In this document: piece after piece, positions 10,486 to 20,656 of the stretch
Layout of the letters: every line of letters starts with the position of its first letter
Numbering within the stretch: position 1 is the stretch's first letter
Source of the DNA: Nitrospirota bacterium
GTDB lineage: Bacteria > Nitrospirota > Thermodesulfovibrionia > Thermodesulfovibrionales > UBA9159
Direction of reading: 5' to 3'
Assembly (NCBI GenBank): GCA_963699545.1
Contig: CAVOUE010000005.1
Location: 1-64,000, forward strand
Length of the DNA stretch: 64,000 bases
Translations under genes and position numbers: made by a program
The notes under the pieces: generated by a model
What the model saw: only the letters and a program-made list of their open reading frames with translations
Told to the model about the DNA's origin: nothing
The model's database searches: none

Positions 10486-11184
10486 ATGATTGTTGGGACA
10501 CAGAAACCGATTGAAGAGATTTGGGAAATGGTCAAGGATTTCAAAAGGGTCCTTGTCTACGGGTGCAACACCTGTGTAGCTATCTGTCACGCAGGGGGCG
10601 GCAAAGAGGCAGAGATCATCGCCTCGATGATCCGGATGAAGGCAATCGAGGAGGGTCGGGAGATGGAAGTCAATCACGCTGCTATCGAGCGCCACTGCGA
10701 GCCTGAGTTCTTTGAGCCGCTCATGGAAGACGTGAAGACCTATGATCTCGTGCTCTCCACCGCCTGCGGCGTCGGGGTTAATTTCCTGACCGACCGCATC
10801 GGGGAGATCCCGGTCTATCCAGGGATCAACACCTCTTTTTACGGTGGCGTTCCTCAAGCCGGGGTTTTCACGGAATTGTGCGGAGGCTGCGGCAACTGCA
10901 TCCTCCACCTGACGGGCGGCATCTGCCCCATCGTTCGGTGCTCGAAGTCCCTCCTGAACGGGCCCTGCGGCGGCACCAACAAGGGCAAATGCGAGGTGAG
11001 CGACCAGGTTGACTGTGCCTGGTACCTAATAGTCGAAAGGATGAAGAAGCTGGGCACCCTCGAAAAGCTCCTCGAGATACAGCCGCCGAAGAACTGGGCT
11101 ACAGACACCCACGGCGGTCCCCGGCGTGTTGTGCTCCGGCACATCGCTGACATTGAAGAGCAAGTAGAGAACAAAGAAAAATAG
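10486..11184 (+). CDS. metV: MetV (methylene-THF reductase associated Fe-S/Zn subunit)
   Basis: GCNTCVAIC, ACGVGV, CGGCGNCILHLTGGICPIVRCSKSLLNGPCGG..GKCEV..CAW. Confidence 0.88.
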   Translation: MIVGTQKPIEEIWEMVKDFKRVLVYGCNTCVAICHAGGGKEAEIIASMIRMKAIEEGREMEVNHAAIERHCEPEFFEPLMEDVKTYDLVLSTACGVGVNFLTDRIGEIPVYPGINTSFYGGVPQAGVFTELCGGCGNCILHLTGGICPIVRCSKSLLNGPCGGTNKGKCEVSDQVDCAWYLIVERMKKLGTLEKLLEIQPPKNWATDTHGGPRRVVLRHIADIEEQVENKEK

Positions 11185-11558
11185 ACAGGAGTCGCCGCTG
11201 GTGCGGGAGCCTGTTCCATTGTTTGCCGTGAGGTTATTCTATTTAGCACTTCTCTGACCTGAAAAATTACTATCAAATACTGGACAGACTTAGTATGACT
11301 GGCAAGTTCGTTACCTTCGACGGGAGGTCTTATAGAAATAGAAAATAGTAGATCAGAGAAGTACGGCTACAGTCTTATTACTAGGCTGCGATGGGTTATG
11401 CTCGTCCGCTCATCGGCGCTCCGGGGAGTCGTGCGCCTAACTGCCAATTGTGACAGTGCATGCATTGCCATCTTTGGCTTCACTTTGATTGTTACCAACA
11501 CTTGTGTTACACTCTTTCCAGCCAAAAGCAACTTTATTTTCATTTGGAGGATCTTTCC

Positions 11559-12131
11559 ATGGGAAAAGTTCAGGTGAACTTCATGAAACTTCGTTATCCT
11601 TTGCCTATAACGCTCACGGGCGCTATGGTGGAGGGAAAACCCAACTACCTGACCATTGGCTACTTTGCCATCCTCAGCCATGTGCCGGCTATCGTTTCAA
11701 TATCCCTATACAAAGACCATTATACCATAGCCGGGATTAAGCAGAACGGCGCATTCAGCGTGAATATTCCCTCTGTGGATATGGTGAAGGTAACGGATTA
11801 CTGCGGGATAGTGTCGGGAAAAGATATGGACAAGTCTCGTCTTTTTGAATCCTTTTATGGGCAGCTCAACACAGCGCCCATGATCAAGGAGTGTCCACTT
11901 AATTTCGAATGCAAATTGGTTCAGACGATACAGGCGGGTAACAATTTCCTGTTCATAGGCGAAGTGGTTGCCACATACGCCAATGAGGAGGTCCTGACTG
12001 ATGGGGTTCCGGATATTCTAAAAGTGGCCCCCCTGGTGCTGTTCTCGGTGGACTACCATTCCTGGCAATTCGGACCGCGAGTCGCAGGGGCTTACAGTGT
12101 AGGACGGGAGCTAAAAAAGAAAAAAGACTAG
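11559..12131 (+). CDS. Flavin reductase-like (flavoredoxin) family protein
   Basis: YPLPITL, FSVNIPS, DYCGIVSG, APMIKECPLNFECK, FIGEVV; GGAGG RBS before ATG 11559. Confidence 0.85.
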   Translation: MGKVQVNFMKLRYPLPITLTGAMVEGKPNYLTIGYFAILSHVPAIVSISLYKDHYTIAGIKQNGAFSVNIPSVDMVKVTDYCGIVSGKDMDKSRLFESFYGQLNTAPMIKECPLNFECKLVQTIQAGNNFLFIGEVVATYANEEVLTDGVPDILKVAPLVLFSVDYHSWQFGPRVAGAYSVGRELKKKKD

Positions 12132-12295
12132 AGTGCTATCTCCCCTTTGTTATTTCTTTTAAATAAAAAAAGGGGCTAAATGAACTTGGCAAAAAGAGGG
12201 GAATACAGTAAAGGCTTATTTAGGCAGTTCGACCGGATACTCTCGGGACCTTACAGCTTAAACTGAAAATCCTGAGTTCCCCTGATCGGGTTTGG

Positions 12296-12450
12296 TTTTG
12301 TTGCTTACCTATTGATCGGAAGGGTCTTTCGGTTGCAGAGGTTGCCCGATTCCTCAGGGTGACTACTTCAGCGGTAGGGCGCGCTTCTTGTTCACGGATT
12401 TTAGAAACCAATTTAAAAGAAAATAAGTTCATTCAGCAACTACGTTCCGG
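12296..12450 (+). pseudogene. Remnant of an HTH-bearing C-terminus like that of RAYT/IS200-type transposases
   Basis: Translates FCCLPIDRKGLSVAEVARFLRVTTSAVGR; no start codon or catalytic part present. Confidence 0.35.
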
Positions 12451-12537
12451 TGGCCATCATGTAGAGTAATTGGGATCACCCATTAAAAGGCCCTTTGTCA
12501 AGAGACAAACGACCAGGAGTTTCCCCAATTTTTTCCC

Positions 12538-12563
12538 GTCATTCCCGCGAAGGCGCGAATCCA
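12538..12563. repeat. REP-like palindrome GTCATTCCCGCGAAGGCGCGAATCCA
   Basis: One mismatch from the widespread GTCATTCCCGCGAAGGCGGGAATCCA element (ATTCCC-N8-GGGAAT core). Confidence 0.6.
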
Positions 12564-12822
12564 CTCTTTTTGCATTCTCACTGTCATTCAAGCCTGACTT
12601 ATTTCTTCTCAGGCGCTGGAGGAGAACAGTATGCCTTGGGCTGTGTCCTTGTTGGGGGTTAGAAAACTAGGGACAGCGACCATTTAAGCAAATGAACGCG
12701 GATTAGTCATTTTCGAATCGCGCCGCATAACGCAACGTTGCAGGTGAAGGACGAGGACCTGGACAAGGTGTTCAACTGGTAGCTTCGGCTCGTTTGGATG
12801 TCATTACAAGGGTGCGATGGCA

Positions 12823-12905
12823 GTGCGCCCGGCAGGGGCAGGGCGCATTCACTTGAAGGTGCAAGTTCTCTACGGACCCTGATGACAGAACCTTTGCTGA
12901 AAGGT
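12823..12905 (+). mobile_element. Truncated 5' end of a group II intron
   Basis: Starts with the GTGCG 5' splice consensus (GTGCGCCCGGCA...GGGCGCATTCACTTGAAGGTGCAAGTTCTCTACGGACCCTGATGAC), resembling bacterial intron domain I; no RT ORF or domain V follows. Confidence 0.55.
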
Positions 12906-12948
12906 TTATGTTTGAGAAATAGAGGAGTATGAGATTGTCAGGGTTGAG

Positions 12949-12987
12949 GCAGACATGGCCATGCCGGGAGGCATAGCCATGTCTTGC
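12949..12987 (-). terminator. Strong hairpin downstream of the 13024-13215 gene
   Basis: GCAGACATGGCCATGCC-GGGA-GGCATAGCCATGTCTTGC. Confidence 0.5.
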
Positions 12988-13023
12988 TGTACGTTCGAGA
13001 ATTAACAGGCGGCTGCGGTTTCG

Positions 13024-13215
13024 TTATTTGACCGCCACGAGAAGAACGCCCAGTTTTTTCTCGGTCTCGCCTATTACCGCGATTTCTTCCTGAGTCAACT
13101 TGGCAGGTGCAGTGTCGTGGCAGCTGAATGCCAGGAGTGTTTTCCCGATCTTCTTCTCTGCGGACTCAATTGCGTTGATCTTTCCCTCGTCCAGTTTTGA
13201 CAGCGAGCACAGCAT
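13024..13215 (-). CDS. Small hypothetical protein (63 aa) with internal duplication
   Basis: RBS AAGGGAG; halves SKLDEGKINAIESAEKKIGKTLLAF and AKLTQEEIAVIGETEKKLGVLLVAV. Confidence 0.75.
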   Translation of the reverse strand: MLCSLSKLDEGKINAIESAEKKIGKTLLAFSCHDTAPAKLTQEEIAVIGETEKKLGVLLVAVK

Positions 13216-13330
13216 AATTCTTTCTCCCTTTTGTGCAGTATGATGATACTCTTTATTTAAAGCTACCACCTTTTGCACTCCGCGTCAAGTATGCGGAGCG
13301 ACAGCTGAAACCGCATCCCGTCACGAGAGA

Positions 13331-13561
13331 TTACGCGGGAACGAGACGATCTACATAGTGAGCGCAATAGGCCGTAACGGTGCCTCTGCCATCGCAGCCT
13401 GGGCATGCGAGCTCTTCTGCGAGGTTCAGCCCATAGTCGTTTGGGCTCAGGGGCATGGCACTGAAAAGCCCTTGGCCGTTGCACTCAGGACATACCACTT
13501 CTTCATGACAATACGGTTCCGTGCATTTTTCGCACGGTGACTTCTTATCATGTCTTTTCAT
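13331..13561 (-). CDS. Small Cys-rich protein with DnaJ-type CxxCxGxG zinc-finger motifs (76 aa)
   Basis: GGAGG RBS before ATG 13561; CEKC, CPECNGQG, CPGCDGRG. Confidence 0.7.
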   Translation of the reverse strand: MKRHDKKSPCEKCTEPYCHEEVVCPECNGQGLFSAMPLSPNDYGLNLAEELACPGCDGRGTVTAYCAHYVDRLVPA

Positions 13562-13598
13562 TTTATCCTCCTTCTCCCTTCTCCTCACTTCATCTGCT

Positions 13599-14615
13599 TT
13601 ACCCGGGCTGTGGAACATTGATGTCCCGTTCAAGAGACCTGTAAAGGTCTTCGGGATCCGAATAGCGACGAATTTCGCCAAGCCGCGGGTATCTTTTGAG
13701 ATACTCAAACGTCGCATGTTCAATTTCCGAACTCTGCAACAAAGGCATGACGGGAACCGAGCGAAGTCCGGAAACGATGCGCCCCAGTTCTTCAGCGATG
13801 CTTCCTGTATTGGTGAAGTCGGCAACAACGAACCTGGAAATGTGCGCAAGTGCGGACAGACTATCCTTAATGTCACGGCTGACGGATTTCCCAAAATCAA
13901 GAGAGATGGGTATGTGGTTGCCACTGCGAAGGATATTCCGCATACCGTCCAGGATACTTTCTCTTTCAGGGGTAAAGCATCCCAAGAGCAGCGCAAACTT
14001 GGAAGCTGCAGGGTCAAGCAAGTCACGAAGTTGTTTATTGTGAAGCAGTAAGTGAACAAACTGTGCGACCTCCAGACCGTCCACAGTAACTGCGGGTTCT
14101 CCGGGAGGCGTAATGACAATATCGAACTGTCTGGCATCCTGTAGTTTTACGTTCCAAGTAAAAGCTCCATAGCTTCGGCAACCGGTAAGATCTGCCTTCT
14201 GAAAGTTTGATGCAACCAAACGGGTACCCATAAGTTTGGCGCCACGTAAGTTTGCCCCTCTCAGGTCGGCTGCACTCAGGTCGGCCACGCCAAAATCAGC
14301 TTCGCTCAGATCCGCCCCATTCAGGTTTGCTCCCCGGAGATCTGCATTGCAAAGCCAAGCTCCCGCGAGGTTAGCCTCTTCAAGGTTTGCCTTGTAGAGG
14401 ACTGACTCTCCCAGTTTGGCCCCCCGCAGGTCAGCTCCGCGTAAATCAGCACTACCGAGCTCAGCGCCGGCTAGATTTGCCCCACTGAGATTTGCCCTGG
14501 TGAGTTGCGCCATGTAAAAATTCATGCCTTGGAGGTCCGCTCCTGAGAGGCTTGCCCTGATAAGGTTTGCCCCGGAGAGGTTTTGCTCATTGAGGTTTCG
14601 CAGTTCTTTCCCCAT
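13599..14615 (-). CDS. Pentapeptide-repeat protein with C-terminal alpha/beta (TIR/NDT-like) domain
   Basis: About 130 aa of A(D/N)Lxx repeats, then KFALLLGCF...SRFVVADFT..SIAEEL..VPVMPL. Confidence 0.85.
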   Translation of the reverse strand: MGKELRNLNEQNLSGANLIRASLSGADLQGMNFYMAQLTRANLSGANLAGAELGSADLRGADLRGAKLGESVLYKANLEEANLAGAWLCNADLRGANLNGADLSEADFGVADLSAADLRGANLRGAKLMGTRLVASNFQKADLTGCRSYGAFTWNVKLQDARQFDIVITPPGEPAVTVDGLEVAQFVHLLLHNKQLRDLLDPAASKFALLLGCFTPERESILDGMRNILRSGNHIPISLDFGKSVSRDIKDSLSALAHISRFVVADFTNTGSIAEELGRIVSGLRSVPVMPLLQSSEIEHATFEYLKRYPRLGEIRRYSDPEDLYRSLERDINVPQPG

Positions 14616-15066
14616 CGTTCGTTCCTTTCATTCTGTCCCGGCCAACTTATTTTTACTTTTTACCTCATCTCCTTCTTGTCTGCTCACAATATAGCAAATG
14701 GTTTGAGCCGAGGCAATTGGAATAAATTCGTATTTATCGGTGAAATTATTCCTAGTCTACCCCATGCTACTTAATGAAGAGATTGGTGTAGGAGCATGAT
14801 CTGCCAGGATTTATGTTATACTGGACGAGTCATGAATCAGATTCCAATTGTGGTTTTTGCCGTTGGAATGATGAAGGATAATTGCATCTTTGTCATTAGG
14901 TGATTTTACAGGATCGTAGGGCAGATGATAAAAACTTCATGCGGATTTCATGCACGGGTATCCAAAACGGCACTAAAACACGCTTGGAGACGCCAGGAAA
15001 TGCCAGATGGTGGAGTGGCAGAAAACTCGGCAATATCAATAGGTTTTCTGCACTTTTAAAGGCTTT

Positions 15067-15157
15067 GGAGAGATGACCGAGTGGCCGAAGGTGCACGACT
15101 GGAAATCGTGTGTGCGCTAATCACGCACCGTGGGTTCGACTCCCACTCTCTCCGCCA
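15067..15157 (+). tRNA. tRNA-Ser (anticodon GGA)
   Basis: GGAGAGA/TCTCTCC acceptor stem, anticodon arm CACGA-CTGGAAA-TCGTG, long variable arm, GGTTCGACTCC, encoded GCCA end. Confidence 0.96.
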
Positions 15158-15313
15158 TCGCTTTTTTGCGAAAGTCTTTGCAGAAGGGCCACTCAATGTG
15201 AAGAATAGAACGGTCCTGCTCGATTTGCTTCAAGGCAATAAGTAAAGTGAGCAGGGGGCCTCAAGAAGTATCAACACAATCGGGGGATGTGCTCGGAAAC
15301 ATGAGGGCCTGAC

Positions 15314-15964
15314 ATGAGCGATTCTGAACAGAATGATGCCAGGAGTACTTTGACGCGGCTTCGTTTTCCCGACGATGAAAGGAAACTTCCGTGGCTCTCC
15401 ATGCTCCTTGATGCCTATGCGATTATCGATGAAGGTGTTGCGGTCGCGGTAAGGGCTGAAGAGGATGAACTCAATGTAAAGCTGGCATGCAGAGAGGGCT
15501 GCGACACCTGTTGCCGCACCCAGAGCGATATCCCTATCTACCCGCTGGAACTGGTCGGCATCACTTGGTTTGTCACGGAGAAGGTGAGCGGACCGAGACG
15601 GTCGGCTCTCAGGGAGCAGTTGGCGAGCCACGGGGAGGGTGACGCCTGTCCTTTTCTCATAAGCGGGTCCTGCGCCGTTCATCCTCTCCGGCCGGTGGCG
15701 TGCAGGCAGTTCAATGTTTTCTATGAGCCGTGCGAGGAAGGGGAAGACCCGTATTTCACCAGGAGGGATGATGTCCTTAGGCCGATACAGAGCTATACGG
15801 ACCGTGCCTTTTCGATCATGATCCCGTTCTACGGCTTCCCTGGTGATGTCGACAAGACCCGGGCGGTCAGGAACATCATTCAAACCCGGGCCATTAACCT
15901 CCGGTCCTTCGAGTGGAGGAATCTGGTGAAGATAATGAAAGGGTTTGATTCGGGAAACCTTTGA
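15314..15964 (+). CDS. YkgJ-family (CxxCxxCC) cysteine cluster protein
   Basis: ACREGCDTCC, CPFL...CAVHPLRPVACRQF. Confidence 0.88.
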   Translation: MSDSEQNDARSTLTRLRFPDDERKLPWLSMLLDAYAIIDEGVAVAVRAEEDELNVKLACREGCDTCCRTQSDIPIYPLELVGITWFVTEKVSGPRRSALREQLASHGEGDACPFLISGSCAVHPLRPVACRQFNVFYEPCEEGEDPYFTRRDDVLRPIQSYTDRAFSIMIPFYGFPGDVDKTRAVRNIIQTRAINLRSFEWRNLVKIMKGFDSGNL

Positions 15965-16050
15965 TGTTCACCGGACACACTGACCTCATTTTCCCTGCAA
16001 CCTTTCTCCCGGTCGCTGTGCTACAATAAACAAACGCCTTTTCTGTTTTC

Positions 16051-16165
16051 CTGCAGTCAGGGAATGGCCCTGCGCAACAGGATGGTGTGAACCCCGCCAG
16101 GTCCGGAAGGAAGCAGCGGTAAACATTTATTTTGTGTGCCGCAGCACGTTGTTCCCTGGCTGCAG
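16051..16165 (+). ncRNA. ffs: Signal recognition particle RNA (4.5S)
   Basis: Conserved domain IV CAGGTCCGGAAGGAAGCAGC; complementary ends CTGCAGTCAGGGAA/TTCCCTGGCTGCAG; upstream of dnaX. Confidence 0.93.
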
Positions 16166-16181
16166 CAAGACAAAAAAGACC

Positions 16182-17894
16182 ATGAGCTACCTCGTACTAG
16201 CAAGAAAATGGAGGCCGCAGGGTTTTGAAGACCTCATAGGTCAGGAACCCATAAGCCAGATCCTGAGCAATGCCATAACGCAGGGCAGGATCGCGCACGC
16301 CTATCTCTTCTCGGGTCCGAGGGGGGTGGGAAAGACATCCACCGCCCGCATACTGGCAAAGGCCCTGAACTGCAAAACGGGACCGACCGCTGTTCCCTGC
16401 GGGGTCTGCGCTTCGTGCACGGGTATTGCCGACGGATCATCTGTCGACGTTATGGAAATAGACGGCGCTTCAAACAACAGTGTGGATGATATCAGGGATC
16501 TCAGGGAAAGGGTGAAATATGCTCCTGCCGGAGGGCAGTACAAGGTCTACATCATTGATGAGGCCCACATGCTGTCCGGGCCGGCGTTCAACGCCCTCCT
16601 TAAGACGCTCGAGGAACCCCCGCCCCATGTGGTGTTCGTCCTGGCGACAACCGCCCCGAGAAAAGTGCCCGCCACGGTGCTTTCCCGGTGTCAGCATCTC
16701 CCCTTCAGGAAGATACCGCTCCCGAAGATCAAGACCAGGCTCAGGAAGATAGCGGATTCAGAGGGCATAGCCATATCGGATCCGGCCATAGAAATGATCG
16801 CCAGGGTCTCCGAGGGAGGCATGAGGGATTCCCTCACCATCCTTGATCAGGTATCGGCGTTTTCCTCCGATATAAAGGAATCGGACGTCAAGGACCTCCT
16901 GGGAATCGCTGATTTCGGCGCCCTCTCAGAGGTTGCGTTGTCCGTTATCAGTGGTGACAGGAGGCGTATCGTTGAGGTGATAACGGAACTCACCGACACG
17001 GGGACGGATCTTAAGTCTTTCACCAAGGACCTCATGCAATTTTTCAGAGACCTCCTCGTGGCAAAGGTCGTGAAGAGACCTGAAGAGGTGCTGGAGGTGG
17101 GTGAGAACGAGCTGAGCGTCATGAAAGAACTCCTCCGAAGCACGTCTGAAGAGCATCTGACCCTCCTGCTCTCCGAGATGATCAGGACGGAGGGAGAGGT
17201 GAGGACCGCTTTTTCACCCCGCGTTGCGCTGGAAGTGGCGCTTATCAGGGCGAGCTTCCTTAACGTCCTGAGGCCTGTACAGGAAGCTTTGGAGAACCTT
17301 GAGTCGTTTATTGCGGACGAGAAAGGACGGTCCGAAAGGACGCAGGACATTCCGGAGAAACCTGCTGTCGCAAAGCCCCTGAGGGAGAAAGCCGCGGTCG
17401 GCGGGTCTCCTGTGAAAGAGGCCCCGGGTGAGGGATCCCGGCCATCTTCAGAACCTCAGCGCGGTGTCATACCCGAGGACGTTTCTCCTGACGAAGGTGC
17501 AGTTCTTCCCCGGTCCCATGGAGGGGAGGAGTTCCGGAGCGAACTCATAAAAAGACTGGAACAGGTCAACCACCTGCTGGCAATAAAGCTGGCCGAGGCC
17601 GAAATGAACCTTGGAGGTGATTCCCTTGTCATCACCTTCAGCGGGGGAGCGGCCATTCACGCCGATTCCGTGAAAAAGAACATGGACGCGGTACGACACG
17701 CAGTCGAGGAGATCCTGGAGAAGAAGGTTTCCATAAGGATCGAGACCGCAAAGAAGAAGACACCGCGAAGGAAAGAGCTGAAGGAAACCCTGTTATCGGA
17801 GCCGCTGGTAAAAGAAGCGATTGAGCTGTTTGAGGGACAGATTGTGGATATAAGACCTGTGGATACTACAAGGAACGGAGGAAAGAATGTCTAA
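16182..17894 (+). CDS. dnaX: DNA polymerase III subunit gamma/tau
   Basis: [46 protein letters not shown]. Confidence 0.97.
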   Translation: MSYLVLARKWRPQGFEDLIGQEPISQILSNAITQGRIAHAYLFSGPRGVGKTSTARILAKALNCKTGPTAVPCGVCASCTGIADGSSVDVMEIDGASNNSVDDIRDLRERVKYAPAGGQYKVYIIDEAHMLSGPAFNALLKTLEEPPPHVVFVLATTAPRKVPATVLSRCQHLPFRKIPLPKIKTRLRKIADSEGIAISDPAIEMIARVSEGGMRDSLTILDQVSAFSSDIKESDVKDLLGIADFGALSEVALSVISGDRRRIVEVITELTDTGTDLKSFTKDLMQFFRDLLVAKVVKRPEEVLEVGENELSVMKELLRSTSEEHLTLLLSEMIRTEGEVRTAFSPRVALEVALIRASFLNVLRPVQEALENLESFIADEKGRSERTQDIPEKPAVAKPLREKAAVGGSPVKEAPGEGSRPSSEPQRGVIPEDVSPDEGAVLPRSHGGEEFRSELIKRLEQVNHLLAIKLAEAEMNLGGDSLVITFSGGAAIHADSVKKNMDAVRHAVEEILEKKVSIRIETAKKKTPRRKELKETLLSEPLVKEAIELFEGQIVDIRPVDTTRNGGKNV

Positions 17895-18225
17895 GAAGAT
17901 GCTGGGGGATATCATGCGCGAGGCACAGAAGCTTCAGGCCGAAGTGCAGAGGCTTCAGGAAGAGGCAAAAACAAAGACCGTGGAAGCGAGCGCAGGCGGC
18001 GGCATGGTCACAGTGGTGGCGAACGGCGGGGGCGAGATCGTCTCGATAAAGATAGAGAAGGACGTGGTGAACCCTGAGGATGTGGAGATGCTCCAGGACC
18101 TGATACTGGCCGCCGCCAATGAGGCGCTGAAGAGGGCACAGCAGATGGTGAACCAGGAGATGGCGAAGCTCACGGGAGGATTGCAGATCCCCGGTCTGGG
18201 CGGAATGGGAAACATCTTCGGATGA
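17887..18225 (+). CDS. ybaB: YbaB/EbfC nucleoid-associated protein
   Basis: [10 protein letters not shown]...[16 protein letters not shown]; lies between dnaX and recR. Confidence 0.95.
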   Translation: MSKKMLGDIMREAQKLQAEVQRLQEEAKTKTVEASAGGGMVTVVANGGGEIVSIKIEKDVVNPEDVEMLQDLILAAANEALKRAQQMVNQEMAKLTGGLQIPGLGGMGNIFG

Positions 18226-18815
18226 CGCTGGGCATTATAGAGAACCTTATCAATGAGCTGACGCGCCTCCCGGGCATTGGAAGGAAGACCGCCCAGAGGC
18301 TCGCGTTCTATATCCTTACCATGCCCGATAATGAGGCAAAGGCCATCGCACGGTCGATCAGCGAGGTCAAGGAGAAGGCGCGGTTCTGCAGTCAGTGCTT
18401 CAACATCACCGATGCGGAGGTCTGTGAGATATGCCGTGACGACCGGCGGGACAGGAAGAAGATCTGCGTGGTGGAAGAGCCGAGCAATATCCTTGTGATC
18501 GAGCGTGCCAGGTTCTTCAACGGCCTGTATCACGTTCTGCTGGGTTCGCTCTCTCCCATCGACGGGGTCACGCCGGAGAAGCTCAAGATCGAGGAACTGC
18601 TTCGCAGGGTTCAGGCGAACGGCGTGGATGAGGTGATCGTCGCCACGAACCCCAATACAAAGGGGGAGATAACCGCGCAGTACATCAAAGAGCGTCTCAA
18701 TGCCTATCCGGTAAAGGTCACGAGGATCGCATACGGCCTTCCCATGGGCAGCGATATCGAGTTTGCTGATGAAGTAACCCTGAGCAAGGCCCTTGAGGGC
18801 AGAAGGCAGATGTAA
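18222..18815 (+). CDS. recR: Recombination mediator RecR
   Basis: [14 protein letters not shown]4 zinc finger, TOPRIM (ATNPNTKGE). Confidence 0.97.
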   Translation: MTLGIIENLINELTRLPGIGRKTAQRLAFYILTMPDNEAKAIARSISEVKEKARFCSQCFNITDAEVCEICRDDRRDRKKICVVEEPSNILVIERARFFNGLYHVLLGSLSPIDGVTPEKLKIEELLRRVQANGVDEVIVATNPNTKGEITAQYIKERLNAYPVKVTRIAYGLPMGSDIEFADEVTLSKALEGRRQM

Positions 18816-18878
18816 AAAGAGCGGACGAGGTGATCCCTCACAATGCGGGCCGAGGCTTATTTTGTTTAAAGGAGAAGT

Positions 18879-19985
18879 GTGAAATTAGCGATCATCGGAC
18901 TTTCCAACTCGGGCAAGACAACGGTGTTCAACGCCCTTACCGGCCAGAACCTTGAGACCACCATGTATCCGACGGTGAGCGGTGAGCCGAACCTCGGCGT
19001 GGTCAAAGTGCCTGACCCCAGGGTCGAGAAGCTTGCTGAGATCTATAGGCCAAAGAAGATCACCCACGCCACTGTCGAGTACATCGACTATATCGGGCTC
19101 ACAAAAGGGGATGTCGACCAGAACAGAAAGGTATTTGACCTGATAAGGGACTCGGACGCCATTGTCCATGTGGTGCGGGCCTTTGAAGACGATGCGGTCA
19201 TCCATCCCCTGAACGAGGTGAGTCCCCTCAGGGATATCGAGACCCTTGAACTGGAACTGATCTTCGGTGATCTGGAGTTTGTGGAGAAGAGACTGGCAAA
19301 AATGGATGAAGGGTCCAGAAGGGGGAAGAAGCCCGATGAAAGGGAAAAGAAGCTCCTTCTGAAATGCAAGGAGGCCCTCGAAAAGGAAGTCCCTCTCCGG
19401 AGCGTTGTTTTTGATGAGGAAGAGGAGAGGGCGATGAGACCGCTCCAGTTCGTTTCCACGAAGCCTGAGGTAGTAGTGGTCAATGTGAGTGAACACGACC
19501 TCGGCGCAGAGAAGGCAGCGAGCATAAAAAATGAGGTCGAAGGATATTTCAGCAGAGGCAAGGGCACGTCACACGCCGCTCATCACTCCTCACTTTCACT
19601 CTGCGGAAAGATCGAGATGGAGATCGCGCAGTTGTCCCCGGAAGAGGCCAAGGCTTTCCTGGACGACCTGGGGATCCAGGAGCCTGCCCTGAACAAGCTG
19701 ATCCACGTGAGCTACGACCTCCTCGGTCTCATATCCTTTCTCACCGTGGGTGAGGATGAAGTGAGGGCGTGGACAATCACAAAGGGCACGAGCGCGCACA
19801 AGGCTGCCGGGAAGATACATTCGGATATCGAGCGGGGATTCATCAGGGCGGAGGTTGTCCACTACGAAGACTTCATCTCTTCCGGAAATATGCACGTCGC
19901 GCGGGAAAAGGGCCTCCTGAGGCTGGAAGGCAAGACCTATGAGGTCAGGGACGGGGACATCATTAATTTCCGGTTCAACGTGTGA
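18879..19985 (+). CDS. ychF: Ribosome-binding ATPase YchF
   Basis: GLSNSGKTT, EVRAWTI, AGKIHSDIERGFIRAEV, C-terminal FRFNV. Confidence 0.95.
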   Translation: MKLAIIGLSNSGKTTVFNALTGQNLETTMYPTVSGEPNLGVVKVPDPRVEKLAEIYRPKKITHATVEYIDYIGLTKGDVDQNRKVFDLIRDSDAIVHVVRAFEDDAVIHPLNEVSPLRDIETLELELIFGDLEFVEKRLAKMDEGSRRGKKPDEREKKLLLKCKEALEKEVPLRSVVFDEEEERAMRPLQFVSTKPEVVVVNVSEHDLGAEKAASIKNEVEGYFSRGKGTSHAAHHSSLSLCGKIEMEIAQLSPEEAKAFLDDLGIQEPALNKLIHVSYDLLGLISFLTVGEDEVRAWTITKGTSAHKAAGKIHSDIERGFIRAEVVHYEDFISSGNMHVAREKGLLRLEGKTYEVRDGDIINFRFNV

Positions 19986-20020
19986 TCAGGCCGCATTCGC
20001 ATTTGGTTGCCAGCCGGCTG

Positions 20021-20344
20021 TCAGTAAATATCCAGTTGGATCTTGATCGCCTCATTTATCCTGAGCATGTCTTCTTCTGAAATGAGACCCGCACGTTTAT
20101 ACAGTCGCAATTTGCTTACCGTTGCCAATTGGTCAGCCATTGCCTTGCTCTCTTTACCGTCAAAGAGAACAAGCGCCTCACTTGGATAAAGACGATCTGT
20201 CTTGGTGGTCAGGGGCACAACTTGAACCCGATTGAGGAACTTGTTTGATGCATCGTTACTAACGATCACCGCAGGACGCTTTTTCTTGATCTCTCCGCCG
20301 ACAGAAGGATCGAAATTAACCCACCAGACCTCACCTCTTTGCAT
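20021..20344 (-). CDS. MazF/PemK-family toxin
   Basis: [29 protein letters not shown]. Confidence 0.93.
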   Translation of the reverse strand: MQRGEVWWVNFDPSVGGEIKKKRPAVIVSNDASNKFLNRVQVVPLTTKTDRLYPSEALVLFDGKESKAMADQLATVSKLRLYKRAGLISEEDMLRINEAIKIQLDIY

Positions 20345-20561
20345 GTGCTCTGTCCTTAAAGGTCAGTTCTGCCCAATCAAGGGCTTCGGCTTCCCGTTTC
20401 TTGTCTTTTGACATTTGGGAGTATGCTAATTCCAGGTTCGGGCGAACTACATGCGGGCGAACCAATTCTTCAACGAATTTGCTGATCTTGCGGGGGCCGA
20501 TAGTCTTATGAAGACCTTCATAAACTTCCTCATCTATGGTTATGGTCAACTTTTTTTGCAT
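20331..20561 (-). CDS. Antitoxin for the adjacent MazF toxin
   Basis: Small upstream overlapping [20 protein letters not shown]; own TTGACA-N17-TATACT promoter with a palindromic operator-like sequence (~20575-20615). Confidence 0.85.
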   Translation of the reverse strand: MQKKLTITIDEEVYEGLHKTIGPRKISKFVEELVRPHVVRPNLELAYSQMSKDKKREAEALDWAELTFKDRAHAKR

Positions 20562-20656
20562 CGATAGCCTCCTTTCTTATACGTATAGTATACGTGTAAG
20601 AAAGGGCCCTGTCAACAACGAGGATTACGCAGGGAGAAAGATGGTTCGTTGCGTTG

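Noticed and set aside
11395-11445. GTTATGC...GCCTAAC as an attC site
   Set aside because: The boxes are in the wrong order for attC and no L boxes or stem are evident.
13562-14137. 268-aa minus-strand ORF overlapping the pentapeptide gene
   Set aside because: Only the last 76 codons have an SD and motifs; the rest is an alternative frame of the real gene.
14200-14600. 15-nt periodic repeats as CRISPR or tandem array
   Set aside because: They are pentapeptide-repeat coding sequence. I found no repeat-spacer array or cas genes in the window.
14940-15066. Integrative element attachment site next to tRNA-Ser
   Set aside because: The sequence resembles an element boundary, but I found no integrase and no duplicated tRNA fragment in the window.
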